Source: Cyanophora paradoxa CCMP329
Taxonomy: Eukaryota; Plantae; Glaucophyta
Assembly (NCBI GenBank): GCA_004431415.1
Contig: QPMI01000180.1
Span: forward strand, 126,476-190,475
DNA length: 64,000 bases
Direction of reading: 5' to 3'
The notes below the pieces were generated by a model, which was not told the origin of the DNA, did no database searches, and saw nothing but the letters and a program-made list of their open reading frames with translations. Both the position numbers and the translations under genes were made by a program. Position 1 is the stretch's first letter. Every line of letters starts with the position of its first letter. Positions 60,499-64,000 of the stretch are shown piece by piece.

Positions 60499-63400
60499 AT
60501 GGCATCGATAGCTACAATCCAGGAGCACGACGTGCTCGAAATCGCTGAGCGGCCCGTGAGAACTAAACGAGCCCTCTCGATGCGAGCCGCGGCTGCATCC
60601 GCAGCGGCATCGATTTCCGCGGCACCGCTACCCTCAACAGCGGAAGTCCCGCCGGCCGAGGAGCCGGCTCAGCCAGCCCCTCCTTTGGACACGGAGCGCC
60701 TTCTCGTGCGGCGGCACTCGCTGCCCGCGACAGGCCCGGCGACGGAGGAGACCGACCTGATCTGGTCCCTGCGAGTCCAGTTCAATGCGCCACACCCTCC
60801 GGATCCCGAGACAGGACTTCCGAGAGATCGAGACGCGAACGCCGAGGAGTTCGACCCAGCGATCCACAGCGACGTGGCTCTGTGCCTGCGGTGCGTGGCC
60901 GGCGGTGCCCGTGTGGGGCGCGCGCTGACGGGGCGCGCCAGGGAGAGCATCCGGTTCGACCCGGAAGTGCGTGGCCTGCTGGCGCGCTTCTGGCGCCTCG
61001 CCGCCGGCCGGCGCCGCGAGATCGGCTTCGAGGAGTTCGCGCGGCTGGTGCGTGCCCCGCCGGGGGGCCTTTGGGGCGGGTGGCGAGCGGGGCGGCGGGG
61101 CGCAGCACGGGGCGCTCTACCGGGCCCTCACGGAGGCCTGGTCCGAGGCCGGCGCCGCCCGCGCCGCCGCCGACGACTGGGCCCTCGACTCGTGCGCCCT
61201 GCTCCGCTCCCCGCCTCGCCGCGCCGCGCGGGGCCGAGCGGGCGTGGCGCGGGGGCAGGATGGGGCGGGAGACGATGGGCCGCGAGCGCTTCTTCCGGTC
61301 GGTCTTCGAGGCGATCGACCTGTGGACGACGCGCGTCTCGCGGGCGAGCCCCGCCGGCCCCGCGCCGCCCCCGCGGGGCGCCAGCGGGCTGAGGCGGGGG
61401 CGCAGGACATGTACGTGGAGTTCGTGCGGGCCCTCCTCGGCGCCATCTCCCGCCCCGGCGCCCCGCCCCGCTCCGACGCCCTCCTCCCCTCGACCGCGCG
61501 CACCCGCCGCGCCCGCCGCGCCGGCCTCCTCTGAGGCCGCCGGGCGCAGAGATCGCGCCGGGGGCGGCGGCGCGGCACATCGCGAGCATCGCGCGGGCCG
61601 ACGCGGCGGCGCTGCGGCGCAAGCGGCGCGCCCTCAAGCTCCTCAGCTTCGTGCGGAGGCCGCGGACGCGCGGCAGGAGCGGCTCTACGCCGGGGTCCTC
61701 GCCCCGCGCGTGCGCCCGCCCCGCCCGCCCCTCCTCCCGCGCAAGGCGAGCGCCCCGGCAGGCCTCGGCAGAGGGGCGGAGGGCGGTGCTCGAGGGCCAC
61801 GGCCGCCGGTGCGCGGCGCCGTGCCTGCCTGCCTGCCTGCCTGCCTGCCTGCCGGGCCGGCCGGGGCGGGCGGGACGGGGCCGGCTTATGACTGGGCGGG
61901 GCGCGGGACAGGCGGAGGAGGACGCGTACGCGCGGTTCGCGTCGAGGCGGCGGCGGGAGGCCTTCGGGCCCCCCCGGGCCCGCCGCGCCGCCCCCGCCTC
62001 CGACGGCGACGACGAGGGCGACGATGGTGGGGGCGGGGGCGAGGGCGAAGAGGAGGAGGAGGACGGGGCGGGCCCCCCGGAGGTCGGGCCCGGCCTGCGC
62101 TTGTCCCGCTCCGCCCCGTGCCTGCCCCCGCGCGAGCCGCACCCGCCCCGCGCCATCGGTGCGCCGCTCTCGCGCCCCCTGCCGACGCCTTCTGCCGTCG
62201 TCGACGCTTCGGCAGGCTGGGCGCTGCTGCGGGCGCTGGGGCTCGCGGCCGGCGTGCTGCCGCCGGCCCCGCCGACGTGGCGACGATGCGGGCGGGCCAG
62301 CGGGAGGTGCGGGGCCTGCGTGCCGCCCAGCGCGCCCTCGCCGCCGCGCTCGCGCCGCTGCCGCGCTCGCCCTCGCGGGTGCGGCCGCCGGGCCTGCCGG
62401 GCTCGCCCTCGATGTCGCGGCCGCCGGTGGGCTCCCTCGGCGGCTCCGGCGGCTCGGGCGCCTCCTCGCCCGGCCCGCTCCCCCACGGGCTCCTTCTCCC
62501 GCCCCGCCCCGCCCGACCCGCCCGCCACGCCCCGGCCCCGGCCCCGGCCCCCGCTCGCCCTCCACCCGCACGCCCGCTCCGCCAGCGCCTCCTCCCAGCG
62601 CTCCACCGTGACCGCCCCGCCCCGCCCCGCCCCGCCATCCCGCGTCTGAAGCCCCCGCAGCGCACCCCGCGGGCTCCTTCCGCCGCGGCGGGGCCAGGGA
62701 GGCCGAGGGGGCCCTGCGGCGGGGGCCCCGGCGGAGGGGATGGCGGGGCTGTACGAGTGGCTCCCCGAGGCGGCGGTGGCGGGCATCGGGGGCTCATCGC
62801 CTCGCCCCGCCGGCCCCGCGCCCCTCCGTCCTCCGCCAGCTCTCCCTCGTCGGCCGCCCGCCTCCGCCTCCGCCTCCGCACCGGCCCCGGCCCCGGCCCC
62901 CGCCCCGGCCCCGGTGCCGCCCCGAGGGCCCTCTTCTACCCGGGGGAGCCCCATGCCGCCGCCGCGGGGCCGGAGCCTCCGCGCTCGCCGGCGCCGCCGC
63001 GCTCGGGGAGCCTCTCGGCGCGGCGCGCCCCGCCGGCTGCGCCCGACGCCGCGGGGGAGGCGGCGAGGGCCGCCGAGGAGCCGGCGGCGGGCCGTCGAGG
63101 CCGCCGCCGGTGCCGCCGCTGTGGGCGAGGGGCGGGCGCCGGGCGGGGGGGCCCGTGGCGAGCCCGGACGTGGGGCGGGCGGGGGCGACGTTCCGGGAGG
63201 TGCTGCGGCGGGTGGCGGGCCGGTGGAGGCGGCGGCGGCGGCGGCGGCATCCCCTTCGAGGCCGCCTGCCTCCTCGACGACCCCGCACTCCGCTCCCCGG
63301 CCCCGCGCCCCCGGCCCCGCCGCCTGCCCCGACCCCGCTCCTGCCCCGCTCCCCGCCCCCGCACCCCGCCCGCCGCCCCGCCCCGGGCCCCCCTCAGGGA

Positions 63401-63895
63401 CCCCCCGCCCGGCAGCCAGCCGGAAGCCTCGGCGACGCCGACGCCGCCGCGGCCGGCGACGGCGCGCCCCGCGACGGCGCGGCCGGCGACGGCGCGCTCG
63501 GTGAGGACGCCGCGGCCGGCGACGGCGCGGCGGGGCCCGGGCCGGAGGCGGGCCGGTGGAGGGGCGGCGGGCGCGGCGGGGTCGCCCTTCGCGGGGCGTG
63601 GGAGGCGACGCTGCCGCCGCCGTCGACGCGGCGGCTGCTGCGCTCGGGGGTGACCCCAGCGAGGCCGCCCCGCCTCCTCGCCTCCCTCGGCCTCTCAATC
63701 CGCCCCCGCGGGCCCCGCCGCCGCGCCGCGCCCCGCGCCCCGCCCCCGCCCCTCGAGAACCTCCTCTCCGCCCAGGGCCTCCCCGCCCGGCCCGCCACCG
63801 CCGGCCCCTCGAGCTCCTCGGCCCGCCACGTTCGTACCCACGGCCAGCTGCAGGCGCCGCCAGGTCAAAGCCCGGCCCCTTCTGTGGCCGTCTAG
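60499..63895 (+). CDS. Hypothetical protein: N-terminal helical domain plus long Pro/Arg/Ala-rich tail (3' end approximate)
   Basis: Spliced ESIRFDPEVRGLLARFWRL...FEEFARL|HGALYRALTEAW...DDWALDS...MGRERFFRSVFEAIDLWT...YVEFVRALLGAI. Confidence 0.65.
61823..61853 (+). repeat. (GCCT)n microsatellite, probably intronic
   Basis: Read directly from the sequence. Confidence 0.8.
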
Positions 63896-64000
63896 CTCTT
63901 CTGATCCCGTCCGGACGTGGTTTGTGAGAAACACGTTTGGTGCGCGTGGCAAGAAAAGCTAGGTCTAGATCTAGGCGGTTGCGAGTACTGCAAGCTTGTT

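Noticed and set aside
1-64000. Hundreds of long Arg/Gly/Pro/Ala-rich ORFs on both strands
   Set aside because: Stop codons are rare at this GC content. They are shadow frames or read-throughs of introns and lack domain motifs.
1-64000. tRNA, rRNA or snRNA genes
   Set aside because: None were recognisable by eye. tRNAscan-SE and Infernal would be needed to exclude them.

Overview
This is gene-dense, very GC-rich eukaryotic nuclear DNA with many short spliceosomal introns (about 50-130 nt). The long ORFs in the supplied track are mostly shadow or antisense frames; real genes have to be reassembled across introns. I reconstruct about 24 intron-containing genes: a PPR-like organellar protein, three F-box/LRR proteins (one invisible in the ORF track), an ARM-BTB protein, MUS81, PRELI/MSF1, WDR55, prefoldin 5, an RVE/LHY-type MYB, cyclin B, a permuted papain-like (PPPDE-like) protein, BRCA2 with a homogenised BRC array, a mitochondrial carrier, a HAD phosphatase, a bacterial-type threonine aldolase, an ARL13-like GTPase, a duplicated unknown gene, a TM-PAS-PAS-pseudocyclase-PDE fusion and other unknowns. 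Mobile DNA comprises a TA-flanked MITE and a truncated tyrosine-recombinase retroelement with split direct repeats. The gene content (plant-type clock MYB plus ciliary ARL13) suggests a flagellated archaeplastid alga, possibly a glaucophyte; this is inference only. The most novel-looking items are (i) a membrane-anchored cNMP phosphodiesterase carrying a FixL-like PAS and a degenerate cyclase domain, (ii) an intron system with frequent GC donors and C-rich 5'/G-rich 3' arms, and (iii) an unnamed domain shared by three genes. Gene ends were placed by eye and internal exon boundaries are not all resolved.
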